NCBI RefSeq assembly: GCF_050696275.1
Contig: NZ_JBOGUT010000012.1
Coordinates: forward strand, 8,186-72,185
Length of the DNA: 64,000 bases
Direction: 5' to 3'
Origin: Flavobacterium sp.
GTDB lineage: Bacteria > Bacteroidota > Bacteroidia > Flavobacteriales > Flavobacteriaceae
Part shown: piece after piece, positions 1 to 9,284 of the stretch
Position numbering within the stretch: position 1 is the first letter of the stretch
Layout: the number at the start of each line of letters is the position of its first letter
The notes under the pieces: model-generated
Told to the model about the DNA's origin: nothing
Seen by the model: only the letters and a program-made list of their open reading frames with translations
Databases searched by the model: none
Program-made: the position numbers and the translations under genes

Positions 1-2408
1 TTACCATAGAATACCAATATTCAGATAGGAATTACACTCGTTTTGTTACATATGGAGGTGTTAATCATGAACAGGAAAAATGGAGTCTTGGAGGATATTT
101 CTATTCTGAAAATGACGTAAAAAATCAACCTTTACAGCAAAATCTTTCTCAGGAACAAGTTCAGACATTAGTAGCTGCAGGTGATAATCCGGATTTAATG
201 AATGCTCAATCAGCTGTGCCGGACACTTACTCGGACAACAAAATCTTATACAAGAAAATTATCGTAAGCGGAGTAGAAGCATTTGAATATTCAACCAGTC
301 CTGCGGATGTCCTGTATAGCGTTAAATTTACTTTTATAGGCAATAATCTAGGTAATTATATTGTTTCAAACACAATTACTAATGGTCGTGTTTTTCAATA
401 TGTTGCGCCTGTAGCTGGGATTCCGCAAGGGAATTATGAGCCTATAATTAAATTAGTTGCGCCAACGAAAATCCAAATTGCTACAGTTCTTGGGAAGTAC
501 AATCCGAGCGAGAAAACCTTAGTTGATTTTGAGGTGGGAATCAGTAATAACGATAAGAATTTGTTTTCCGGCATTGACGACAACAACAATCAGGGCTTGG
601 CTGGGAAATTGAATTTTAAGCAACGGTTATTTTCAAAAAAATGGAATGTTGCCGTTTTTGGAAACTATCAATTGGTGCAGAAAAACTTCAAAACGATAGA
701 AAGATTATTCACTATTGAATTTGACAGGGATTGGAATTTAGTAAACCCGCTAGGAAATCAAAGTTTTATAACGAATGGTTTAGTATTTGATTTGCCGGGT
801 AAATCAACATGGAAGTACCAGTTCGAAAAATTGGATTTTTCAGAAAGTTTCTCGGGAAATCGTCAAGTAATTTCTGGGTATTCTAAATTTAAGAATTGGA
901 CTTTTTCCAATGAAGGAAGTTTTTTAAGCAGCAACAGCAACCTGTCGACTTCGAAGTTTTTGAGAAACCAGTCTCAGACAAAATATCATTTTAAGAGGAA
1001 TTGGATTGGAGGGAGTTTTCGTCATGAAAACAATCAGGAAAAAGACAAAATAACGAATCAGTTATCGTCGTTAAGTCAGCGTTTTTCGGAATTCGGAGCT
1101 TTTATAGGCCGCGGTGATTCTACCAAGGTTTTTGTTGAATTAGGGTATTTGAACCGAATAAATGATAGTTTGCAGTCAGGAGAACTTGAGCGGGTCAATA
1201 CTTCACAATCGTATTATCTGAAATCAAAATTGATACAGACTGAAAAAAGCGACTTATCAGTTTTTATTAATTACAGGAGTTTGAAATTTAAGGATGCAAC
1301 TCGTGGCAACGAGCCTTCCTTAAACTCCAGATTACTGTATAATGACCGGTTTTTTAACCAGTTGATTCAATCCACAACAGTTTATGAAACCACTTCCGGG
1401 ACCATACCACAGCAGGAATTCAGTTTCCTTGAAGTAGAAGCCGGACAAGGTATCTATGCCTGGAATGATTATAATGGAAACGGAATTCAGGAATTGCAAG
1501 AGTTCGAAATTGCTCCTTTTCCTGATCAGGCCAAATATGTGAAAATATTTCTTCCGAACCAGATTTTTATTAAAACACATCAGAATAAATTCTCCCAGTC
1601 TTTGACATTAAGTCCTGCGCAATGGCAAAACGAAGCAGGTTTCAAAAAAATCCTGTCGCACTTTTACAATCAATCTTCGTATTTGATTGAACGAAAAATA
1701 AAAAGGGAGCAGGACAATTTCGATTTGAATCCGTTCTCAGTAAACGACAAAGATTTACTAGGATTGAATTCGAGTGTTAGGAATAGCTTGTTTTTTAACC
1801 GAGGTAAGCAAAATCATTCGGTTACTTATACTTTTATCACAAACAGACTGAAAAACTTGCAGTCTTCCGGATCACAGGAAATCAAAAACGGATCGCACCA
1901 ACTGCAATATACGCATTTGTATAAGCAGTTTTGGTTGTTTTCATTGTCTGGAAAAGCATTTAATTCGAGTAGTAATTCTGAAAATTATGCCAGCAGGAAT
2001 TTTGAGATTAACGGGCAGCAATTTCAACCTAAAATATCTTATCTGTTTACTAAAAATGCGAGTTTGGATGTTTTCTATGAAATGCAGAACAAAGAAAATA
2101 AGTTGGGAAATCTGGAATCATTGAAGCAAAACAGATTTGGAACTTCATTCACTTTTGCAAGTGAGAAAAAATTAACGCTAAACGGCGAATTTTCTTTTTA
2201 TGACAATAAATTTAAAGGGAATGAATTTTCACCGGTAGCTTTCCAAATGCTTGAAGGCTTGCAGGCTGGGAAGAATATGACATGGCGATTATTGGTTCAA
2301 AAGAATTTAACGCAATATCTCGATATCAATATCAATTATCAGGGAAGAAAAAGTGAAACCAGTCAAACAGTTCATACCGGGAATGTACAGTTGAGGGCAT
2401 ATTTTTAA
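1..2408 (+). CDS. Large outer-membrane beta-barrel-type protein of unknown function (5' end lies upstream of the window)
   Basis: Frame 3 is open from base 3 (TIEYQYSDRNYTRF...), so the listed Met at 198 is internal. Beta-strand-like alternating aromatic/polar composition rich in N/S/G. C-terminal ...VQLRAYF aromatic terminus is typical of OM barrels. No specific family recognised. Confidence 0.55.
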   Translation, partial: TIEYQYSDRNYTRFVTYGGVNHEQEKWSLGGYFYSENDVKNQPLQQNLSQEQVQTLVAAGDNPDLMNAQSAVPDTYSDNKILYKKIIVSGVEAFEYSTSPADVLYSVKFTFIGNNLGNYIVSNTITNGRVFQYVAPVAGIPQGNYEPIIKLVAPTKIQIATVLGKYNPSEKTLVDFEVGISNNDKNLFSGIDDNNNQGLAGKLNFKQRLFSKKWNVAVFGNYQLVQKNFKTIERLFTIEFDRDWNLVNPLGNQSFITNGLVFDLPGKSTWKYQFEKLDFSESFSGNRQVISGYSKFKNWTFSNEGSFLSSNSNLSTSKFLRNQSQTKYHFKRNWIGGSFRHENNQEKDKITNQLSSLSQRFSEFGAFIGRGDSTKVFVELGYLNRINDSLQSGELERVNTSQSYYLKSKLIQTEKSDLSVFINYRSLKFKDATRGNEPSLNSRLLYNDRFFNQLIQSTTVYETTSGTIPQQEFSFLEVEAGQGIYAWNDYNGNGIQELQEFEIAPFPDQAKYVKIFLPNQIFIKTHQNKFSQSLTLSPAQWQNEAGFKKILSHFYNQSSYLIERKIKREQDNFDLNPFSVNDKDLLGLNSSVRNSLFFNRGKQNHSVTYTFITNRLKNLQSSGSQEIKNGSHQLQYTHLYKQFWLFSLSGKAFNSSSNSENYASRNFEINGQQFQPKISYLFTKNASLDVFYEMQNKENKLGNLESLKQNRFGTSFTFASEKKLTLNGEFSFYDNKFKGNEFSPVAFQMLEGLQAGKNMTWRLLVQKNLTQYLDININYQGRKSETSQTVHTGNVQLRAYF

Positions 2409-2477
2409 TTGAAAATCAGTTTTTTATAAAAAAATGACTAAATTTAACATATATCAAAATCATTAAATTTATAAACT

Positions 2478-3071
2478 ATGAAAAAATTGCTATTGTTATG
2501 TTTAGTGTTTGTTTTTTCAAATAGCTTTTATGCACAAGAAACAGAAACTAAAAAGCCTCGAGTAACCAAAGCAGCTACTGAAAAAGCGGCTGAAAAGAAA
2601 GCCAAGGAAAAAGAAGCTAAAGCTAAGCTTAAAGAAAAAGAGGCCAAGGTTAAGACAGATGCCAAAGAGAAAAAAGAAAAGACCGAAGCTAAAGCTAAAA
2701 AAGGAACAAAAACAACTGCCGAAAAAGCAAAAGCAGGAACAACTAAGGCTGAAGCCAAAGTAAAAGAAGAAACTGCAGCTGCTAAAGCAAAAACAAAAGC
2801 AGCTTCTAAAAACGAAAAAGTAAAAGCGGAAGAAACTGCGGCTAAAGCTAAAAAAGAAACCAAAGCAAAGGCAGCTGAAACTAAAGTAAAAGCAACAAAA
2901 ACAGTTGCTAAAAAAGAAAGGGTTTCTAACGAAAAAGCAAATCTGAATACTACGGACAAAGTAACCGGAGAATACAAAGGAAGAAAAGTATATACAGGAC
3001 CTCGCGGCGGTAAATACTACATCAATAAAAATGGGAATAAAACCTATATCGATGAAGATCAGGTAGAGTAA
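2478..3071 (+). CDS. Secreted Lys/Ala/Glu-rich (histone-H1-like) protein with C-terminal PBCV-type basic adaptor domain
   Basis: ATG start with signal peptide MKKLLLLCLVFVFSNSFYAQE. About 140 aa of K/A/E/T low complexity. C-terminal YKGRKVYTGPRGGKYYINKNGNKTYI matches the GPRGGxYY core of the PBCV-specific basic adaptor domain. A hairpin terminator follows. Confidence 0.7.
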   Translation: MKKLLLLCLVFVFSNSFYAQETETKKPRVTKAATEKAAEKKAKEKEAKAKLKEKEAKVKTDAKEKKEKTEAKAKKGTKTTAEKAKAGTTKAEAKVKEETAAAKAKTKAASKNEKVKAEETAAKAKKETKAKAAETKVKATKTVAKKERVSNEKANLNTTDKVTGEYKGRKVYTGPRGGKYYINKNGNKTYIDEDQVE

Positions 3072-3092
3072 TCCTATTGCTTATCACTATAA

Positions 3093-3119
3093 AAGGCTTT
3101 GCATTCGCAAGGCCTTTTT
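3093..3119 (+). terminator. Rho-independent terminator
   Basis: 10-bp stem AAGGCTTTGC/GCAAGGCCTT (one G-U), loop ATTC, then T5. Lies 21 nt after the stop at 3071. Confidence 0.7.
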
Positions 3120-3214
3120 GCTATTTACAATGAGCGAATTTTAATAAATAGGTTTATTTATTTAATCGTATTTTTGAAAAAAAAATAAAACGATACTTTG
3201 TTTCAACAATAAGC

Positions 3215-4624
3215 ATGAAAAAAACAGTTCTATCAGCATTACTATTGATTGCCCTTTTTGGCTGTAAAAAAGAAAACACCGTCAGTCAGCAGGATCAGAT
3301 TAAAAATGACATTAATCCAATTACTTCTGAACTGGACGAAAGCGGAGTAATTTACGAAGCCAATATCCGCCAATATTCACCTGAAGGAACTTTCAATGCT
3401 TTTACAGCAGATATCCCAAAGCTAAAGAAACTGGGAGTAAAGATACTCTGGCTGATGCCTATTCATGAAATTGGTGTTAAAAACCGCAGGGTAAATGGGA
3501 ATGCGTCTGTTGAACAAATTACTGATAGTACAGAAAATACAAAATGCTTAGGGAATCCGTACTCTGTTAAAGATTATAAAAGTCTGAATCCGGATTTCGG
3601 AACCAAAGAAGATTTTAAAAAATTAATTAAAACCGCACACGAAAACGGAATATATGTCATTCTGGATTGGGTTGCAAACCATACCGCTTGGGATCATGCC
3701 TGGATTACACAACACCCGGATTATTATACGCATGATAAGGAAGGCAAAATGATTTCTCCTTTTGATTGGACAGATGTTGCTGAATTGAATTATAACAACC
3801 AAAATCTTCGAAATGCGATGTTGCAGGAAATGAAATATTGGTTAAGGGAATTTAATGTTGATGGTTTCAGATGTGATGTTGCTGCTGAGGTACCAACTGA
3901 TTTTTGGAATACTGCTACATCGGAATTAAACAAAATCAAGCCAGTATTTATGCTGGCCGAATCAGAGAAACAGGAATTATCCCAAAAAGCTTTCGACGCT
4001 CAATACGGTTGGGAAGCGCATTACATTTTTAATGGTATTGCGCAAGGTAAAAAAACAGTAAAAGACTGGGATAAATACGCACAGAAAAGAGATAGTTTGA
4101 ATTGGGAAAACAGTATTCGGATGAATTTCACTTCCAATCACGCTGAGAATTTTTGGAATGGAACCGAATACGAACGTATGGGTGATGCTGTTGAGGTTTT
4201 TGCTGTAATGACTTATATGATTCCAGGAATGCCGCTAATTTATTCCGGACAGGAGTATGATTCAGACAAAAGACTGAATCTTTTTGAAAAAGACACTATT
4301 GTGCATTCGCTTGCAAAAATGAGTGGTGTTTATGAAAAACTGGGAAAGCTTAAAACTGAAAAGGGAGCTTTAAACGGAGGGAAGAATTCCGGATCTTATA
4401 ATCGCTTGACAACTTCATCCGATGATAAGATTTTAGCTTTCGAAAGGGAAAAGAATGGGCAGAAAATTATTTTTGTCGGTAATCTTACCAAAGCAAACAG
4501 GTCATTCACAACTTCAATTGAAGGAACTTTTACAGATTATATGACAGGGCAACAAATCCTGTTAAGTAAAGATCAAAAATTAAATTTTAAACCTTGGGAA
4601 TATAAAATACTGATAGCTGAATAA
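3215..4624 (+). CDS. GH13 alpha-amylase-family glycoside hydrolase, lipoprotein
   Basis: Lipobox LIALFGC. GH13 region I ILDWVANH, region II GFRCDVAAE and region III FMLAESE are present. Region IV reads FTSNHAEN where NHD is expected (see findings). Confidence 0.85.
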   Translation: MKKTVLSALLLIALFGCKKENTVSQQDQIKNDINPITSELDESGVIYEANIRQYSPEGTFNAFTADIPKLKKLGVKILWLMPIHEIGVKNRRVNGNASVEQITDSTENTKCLGNPYSVKDYKSLNPDFGTKEDFKKLIKTAHENGIYVILDWVANHTAWDHAWITQHPDYYTHDKEGKMISPFDWTDVAELNYNNQNLRNAMLQEMKYWLREFNVDGFRCDVAAEVPTDFWNTATSELNKIKPVFMLAESEKQELSQKAFDAQYGWEAHYIFNGIAQGKKTVKDWDKYAQKRDSLNWENSIRMNFTSNHAENFWNGTEYERMGDAVEVFAVMTYMIPGMPLIYSGQEYDSDKRLNLFEKDTIVHSLAKMSGVYEKLGKLKTEKGALNGGKNSGSYNRLTTSSDDKILAFEREKNGQKIIFVGNLTKANRSFTTSIEGTFTDYMTGQQILLSKDQKLNFKPWEYKILIAE

Positions 4625-4631
4625 CTTTCTG

Positions 4632-5312
4632 ATGATACAAAAAATAGGACATCGCGGAGCAAAAGGTCATATGGCCGAAAATACGCTGGAATCTTTTCAA
4701 AGCGCATTGTATTTAGGTGTAGATGCTGTCGAACTTGATGTACACGTTTGTGCTTCGGGAGAATTGGTGGTTTTTCATGATTTTACCGTCGACAGAATAA
4801 CGGGAGGTTCGGGAGAAGTACATAAATTAACCTTAACCGAATTAAAAGCATTAAAAATATCCAATCAATTTGATATTCCGACTTTAGCCGAAGTTTTTGA
4901 TCTTATAGACAGGAAATGCTGGATAAATGTCGAATTAAAGGGACATGGAACTGCACAGCCGGCTGTCAAAATAATAGAGGAATATATTGATGAAAAAGGA
5001 TGGGAGTATGACGATTTTATCGTGTCAAGCTTCCAGAAAGAAGAATTGGAAAAGGTAAGTGTTTTAAACCCAAAAATCAATATAGGAATTCTTACTCAAG
5101 CCAGTGTTGAACAAGCAATAGAATGGGGCCAGGAATTATCTGCAAAAGCCATTCACCCACATTTTTCGCTATTAACAGAAGAAAATTGCAAGGAAGCAAG
5201 TGCAAAAGGATTTAAAATTTTCACTTGGACAGTTAATCATGAAGAAGACATTCATAGGTTACAGCATTACACTATAAACGGAATTATTTCCGATTTTCCG
5301 GATAGATTATGA
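4632..5312 (+). CDS. Glycerophosphodiester phosphodiesterase (GDPD family)
   Basis: IGHRGAKGHMAENTLESF, VELDVH and VVFHD motifs of the GDPD family. 4-bp ATGA overlap with the next gene. Confidence 0.85.
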   Translation: MIQKIGHRGAKGHMAENTLESFQSALYLGVDAVELDVHVCASGELVVFHDFTVDRITGGSGEVHKLTLTELKALKISNQFDIPTLAEVFDLIDRKCWINVELKGHGTAQPAVKIIEEYIDEKGWEYDDFIVSSFQKEELEKVSVLNPKINIGILTQASVEQAIEWGQELSAKAIHPHFSLLTEENCKEASAKGFKIFTWTVNHEEDIHRLQHYTINGIISDFPDRL

Positions 5313-6532
5313 ATTCAAAATATGATATAATCATTGTTGGCGGAGGAGCCGCAGGATTTTTTTCGGCAATAAATATTGTGGAGAATAATCCAAAACTCAA
5401 AGTCGCTATTTTAGAAAGAGGGAAAGAAGTACTAACTAAAGTACGTATTTCAGGCGGAGGCCGATGCAATGTCACGCATGCTTGCTTTGTACCCAATGAT
5501 TTGGTTAAATTTTATCCTCGCGGAGAAAAGGAATTACGCGGTCCGTTTCATCAGTTTTGCTCTGGAGATACTATAGAATGGTTCGAAAAACATGGTGTAG
5601 AACTCAAAATTGAAGACGATGGAAGAATGTTTCCGGTTTCAAATTCGTCACAGACAATTATTGATTGCTTTTTATCTTCAGTAAAAAAACTTGGAATTGA
5701 CGTACTGACGGGTCAAAGCGTGCAAAGCCTGTTTAAAAGCACGGAATACTGGAAAGTAGAAACCAATCACGAAGTATTTGCCTGCAAAAAGCTGATAATG
5801 ACTACTGGAAGCAACCCGAAAGTTTGGGAAATGCTTCACGATTTAGGGCATTCCATCGTTGATCCGGTCCCATCATTATTTACTTTCAATATAAAAGACG
5901 TACGAATTAAAGACTTAATGGGTGTTTCTGCTCTGGCTTCTGTTAAAGTGAAAAACTCGAAATTAGAAGCGTCAGGGCCTTTGTTAATTACCCATTGGGG
6001 AATGAGTGGTCCTGGAATTTTGAGGCTTTCAGCTTGGGGCGCCAGAGAATTATTTAACAAAAATTATCAGTTTGCTATTCAGGTCAATTGGCTGCATGAT
6101 CAGACTTTTGAGGAAACATATAACTTATTGAAAGAGTTAAAGTTAGAGCATTCAAAAAAGACTGTTTCTAAAAAATCCCCGTTTGAATTTCCTAACCGAT
6201 TATGGGAAAGCATTGTTCTGGCTTCAGCCATTACTGCCGAAACAAAATGGGCGGATTTAACCAAAAATCAACTGGATAGTTTGACAAACCAACTTACGAA
6301 TGCTGAATTTCAGGTGAATGGGAAAAGTACTTTTAAAGAAGAATTTGTAACTGCAGGAGGAATCGACTTAAAGGAAGTCAATTTTAAAACAATGGAGAGT
6401 AAAATTTTACCCACACTTTATTTAGCGGGTGAAATCGTAAATATAGATGCAATTACAGGCGGGTTTAATTTTCAAAACGCTTGGACAAGTGGGTTTATTG
6501 TAGCAAATTCTGTTTCAGGAATTAGTGATTAG
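5309..6532 (+). CDS. HI0933/BaiN-like NAD(P)/FAD-dependent oxidoreductase
   Basis: N-terminal dinucleotide fold DIIIVGGGAAGFF plus the RISGGGRCNVTH motif and ~400-aa length typical of the HI0933-like flavoprotein family. Confidence 0.85.
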   Translation: MNSKYDIIIVGGGAAGFFSAINIVENNPKLKVAILERGKEVLTKVRISGGGRCNVTHACFVPNDLVKFYPRGEKELRGPFHQFCSGDTIEWFEKHGVELKIEDDGRMFPVSNSSQTIIDCFLSSVKKLGIDVLTGQSVQSLFKSTEYWKVETNHEVFACKKLIMTTGSNPKVWEMLHDLGHSIVDPVPSLFTFNIKDVRIKDLMGVSALASVKVKNSKLEASGPLLITHWGMSGPGILRLSAWGARELFNKNYQFAIQVNWLHDQTFEETYNLLKELKLEHSKKTVSKKSPFEFPNRLWESIVLASAITAETKWADLTKNQLDSLTNQLTNAEFQVNGKSTFKEEFVTAGGIDLKEVNFKTMESKILPTLYLAGEIVNIDAITGGFNFQNAWTSGFIVANSVSGISD

Positions 6533-7020
6533 CAGTTTAGCCACCAAATGCTGCCGTTTAAAAGTGTTGCGCAGCTAATCCAAACCAAATAGGGTAAAAG
6601 AAGTCTGCTTGCAAAAGCATCGATTCTGTTAAAAGCTTTGATGGTTTCAAAAATAAACAGCCATAACAATAAGATTTCAATTAGCGCTAAAAAAGGATTG
6701 CATAAACCAAAGAAAAGATACGTCCAGAATAAATTCAAACCTAATTGTACCCCGAAAAGTATCATCGCGTTTTTAATTACTTTTTTTCCTCTTACACTTC
6801 TGCTTTCCCTATTCCAGACAATGTAAAATGAATAACCCATTATGATGTATAAAAGAGTCCAGACAGTAATACATGCCCAACTTGGAGGGTTAAAGAACGG
6901 TTTTTCGATTTTTAAATACCAAGTACTTAAAGTAGAATGAGTAATACTACAGGATAAAATTCCGATAAGAACACAAGCGGCAATAGATAATGTTAATTTT
7001 AAATAGTTAGTTTTCTTCAA
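6529..7020 (-). CDS. tspO: TspO/MBR family tryptophan-rich sensory protein
   Basis: KPFFNPPSWACITVWTLLYIIMGYSF and a W/Y-rich multi-TM profile. The ORF is open up to ATG 7110, but that extension overlaps the mvaD -7 box. In-frame TTG at 7020 gives MKKTNYLKL... and a family-typical ~163 aa. Start uncertain. The stop overlaps the convergent stop of the previous gene (TTAG). Confidence 0.75.
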   Translation of the reverse strand: MKKTNYLKLTLSIAACVLIGILSCSITHSTLSTWYLKIEKPFFNPPSWACITVWTLLYIIMGYSFYIVWNRESRSVRGKKVIKNAMILFGVQLGLNLFWTYLFFGLCNPFLALIEILLLWLFIFETIKAFNRIDAFASRLLLPYLVWISCATLLNGSIWWLNC

Positions 7021-7097
7021 GATGTTGAATTTTAAGATTATACCTACAGCAAATAAATAATAAAGTAATTTAAAAAGCAATGAATTAGCAAAAAAAG

Positions 7098-7105
7098 TAT
7101 CTTTG
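7098..7105 (+). promoter_or_regulatory. Bacteroidota -7 promoter box for the mvaD operon
   Basis: TATCTTTG matches consensus TAnnTTTG, 38 nt upstream of ATG 7144. Confidence 0.5.
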
Positions 7106-7143
7106 CTCAAATTTTTTAAGAATGATTTGTTTCACCAATTTGA

Positions 7144-8226
7144 ATGCTCGTGTCTGAAAAGGAATTTATTGCTTCAAATTATACTGTTTCGGTAGAAAAC
7201 GGAATTTTTGAATGGTCAGCACCAAGTAATATTGCTTTGGTGAAATACTGGGGAAAGAAAGAAAATCAAATTCCTGCTAATCCATCGATTAGTTTTACGC
7301 TTAATAATTGTAAAACGATTACTAAATTGGCTTTCGCCAAAAAAGAAAATGATGGCAGTTTTTCATTCGATTTATTGTTTGAAGGCAAGCCAAAAGAAGA
7401 TTTTAAACCAAAAATCCAAAAATTTTTCGAACGTATTTTTGAATATTGTCCCTTTCTGAAAGATTTTCACTTCACGATTGATACCCAGAATACATTTCCT
7501 CACAGCTCCGGGATAGCTTCTTCAGCTTCAGGAATGGCTGCTTTGGCAATGAATGTGATGAGTTTGGAAAAAACTTTGAATCCTTTAATTTCAGAGGAAT
7601 ATTTTTATCAAAAGGCTTCGTTTTTAGCCCGATTGGGTTCCGGAAGTGCTTGTAGAAGCGTAAAAGGAAGGGTAGTAGTCTGGGGAGACAACGAAGCTAT
7701 TTCGGGCAGTTCTGATTTATTTGGGGTAGAATTTTCATCTGTTCATGCCAATTTTAAAAAATACCAGGATACCATTTTACTGGTTGACAAAGGAGAAAAA
7801 CAGGTTTCAAGTACGGTTGGGCATGATTTAATGTTTGGACACCCATTTGCAGAACAGCGTTTTTCACAGGCGCATCATAATTTATCTGCAATGAAGCGTA
7901 TTTTAGAAAGTGGTGCTGTCGAAGATTTTATCAAAATCGTTGAAAGCGAAGCATTGACTTTGCACGCCATGATGATGACATCTATGCCCTACTTTATTTT
8001 GATGAAACCCAATACATTGGAAATTATCAATAAAATCTGGAAATTTAGAAATGAAACGGGAATTCCGGTTTGTTTTACCCTTGATGCAGGCGCTAACGTT
8101 CATGTTTTATACCCCGAAAATGTAAAGGAAAATGTTTTGCAATTTATTCAAAACGAATTAGTTGGCTATTGTCAAAATGGTCAGTACATTTGCGATGAAA
8201 TTGGTATTGGTTCCCAATCAATATAA
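7144..8226 (+). CDS. mvaD: Diphosphomevalonate decarboxylase
   Basis: NIALVKYWGKK near the N-terminus and GHMP phosphate-binding motif HSSGIASSASGMAA. Length 360 aa. Confidence 0.9.
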   Translation: MLVSEKEFIASNYTVSVENGIFEWSAPSNIALVKYWGKKENQIPANPSISFTLNNCKTITKLAFAKKENDGSFSFDLLFEGKPKEDFKPKIQKFFERIFEYCPFLKDFHFTIDTQNTFPHSSGIASSASGMAALAMNVMSLEKTLNPLISEEYFYQKASFLARLGSGSACRSVKGRVVVWGDNEAISGSSDLFGVEFSSVHANFKKYQDTILLVDKGEKQVSSTVGHDLMFGHPFAEQRFSQAHHNLSAMKRILESGAVEDFIKIVESEALTLHAMMMTSMPYFILMKPNTLEIINKIWKFRNETGIPVCFTLDAGANVHVLYPENVKENVLQFIQNELVGYCQNGQYICDEIGIGSQSI

Positions 8227-8260
8227 TTTGTATATTTATCGTCTCAAATCTATAATAAAC

Positions 8261-9199
8261 ATGAAAGGACCTCTTTTTTACTCAAAAATATTACTCTTCG
8301 GAGAATACGGGATTATTCGTGATTCCAAAGGGCTGTCTATTCCTTATAATTTTTATAATGGTGCTTTGAAGGTAGATGAAAATCCATCTGAAGAAGCCAT
8401 TAAATCCAATGCAAGTTTAAGGAGATTTGTGTCTTATCTGGAAGAACTGCAACAGCAGCAACCGGAGTTGGTCACTTTTAACAGTGAGGTTCTGAAGGCT
8501 GATGTGGAACGCGGCATGTATTTTGATTCGAGTATTCCTCAGGGATATGGAGTTGGAAGCAGCGGCGCTTTGGTTGCAGCAATCTATGATAAATATGCCA
8601 ATAATAAAATTACGGTTTTAGAGAATTTAACACGTGAAAAATTATTACAGCTTAAAACTATTTTTTCTAACATGGAATCTTTTTTTCATGGTAAAAGTTC
8701 TGGTTTAGATCCGTTAAACAGTTATTTGAGCATTCCAATTTTGATTAATTCAAAAGATAATATTGAAGCCACTGGCATTCCAACACAAAGTGCAAATGGT
8801 AAAGGTGCCGTTTTCTTGCTGGATTCCGGAATTGTTGGTGAAACTGCTCCAATGGTGAGTATTTTCATGGAAAATCTAAAGGAAGAAGGATTTCGTAAAA
8901 TGCTGAAATCTCAATTCATAAAATATACAGATGCCTGTGTCGAAAACTTCCTTCACGGTGATGTAAAATCTCTTTTTGCAAATACTAAGAAACTTTCCAA
9001 AGTTGTTTTAAATAACTTCAAACCGATGATTCCTGAAAAATTTCATCAGGTTTGGCAACGCGGAATCGATACAAATGATTATTACTTAAAACTTTGCGGA
9101 TCTGGCGGCGGCGGTTATATTTTAGGCTTTACACAAGATTTGGAAAAAGCCAGAATCTCACTGAAAGAGTACAAGCTGGAAGTAGTTTATCAGTTTTAA
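8261..9199 (+). CDS. mvk: Mevalonate kinase-type GHMP kinase (divergent Bacteroidota form)
   Basis: The ORF is open from 8162 but that part overlaps mvaD. ATG 8261 (MKGPLFYSKILLFGEYGII...) lies 34 nt after the mvaD stop. GHMP motif PQGYGVGSSGALVAAI. C-terminal KLCGSGGGGY. Confidence 0.8.
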   Translation: MKGPLFYSKILLFGEYGIIRDSKGLSIPYNFYNGALKVDENPSEEAIKSNASLRRFVSYLEELQQQQPELVTFNSEVLKADVERGMYFDSSIPQGYGVGSSGALVAAIYDKYANNKITVLENLTREKLLQLKTIFSNMESFFHGKSSGLDPLNSYLSIPILINSKDNIEATGIPTQSANGKGAVFLLDSGIVGETAPMVSIFMENLKEEGFRKMLKSQFIKYTDACVENFLHGDVKSLFANTKKLSKVVLNNFKPMIPEKFHQVWQRGIDTNDYYLKLCGSGGGGYILGFTQDLEKARISLKEYKLEVVYQF

Positions 9200-9284
9200 C
9201 ACAATTTTATCGCATGATGATTTCGAGTTTATCTAAGAGTTACATACTTTTAAACATTATAACTTTTAGATATTCGGCTAAAAA

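Noticed and set aside
2528-2977. 149-codon antisense ORF opposite the Lys/Ala-rich gene
   Set aside because: It is a mirror-image artefact of low-complexity GCT/AAA/GAA-rich DNA. The translated product is an implausible F/A/S/L repeat with no start context. The sense-strand gene has a signal peptide, a recognisable domain and a terminator.
8162-8260. N-terminal 33-codon extension of the mevalonate kinase ORF
   Set aside because: It overlaps the 3' end of mvaD in another frame and has no kinase similarity. ATG 8261 gives the family-typical N-terminus (MKGPLFYSKILLFGEYG).
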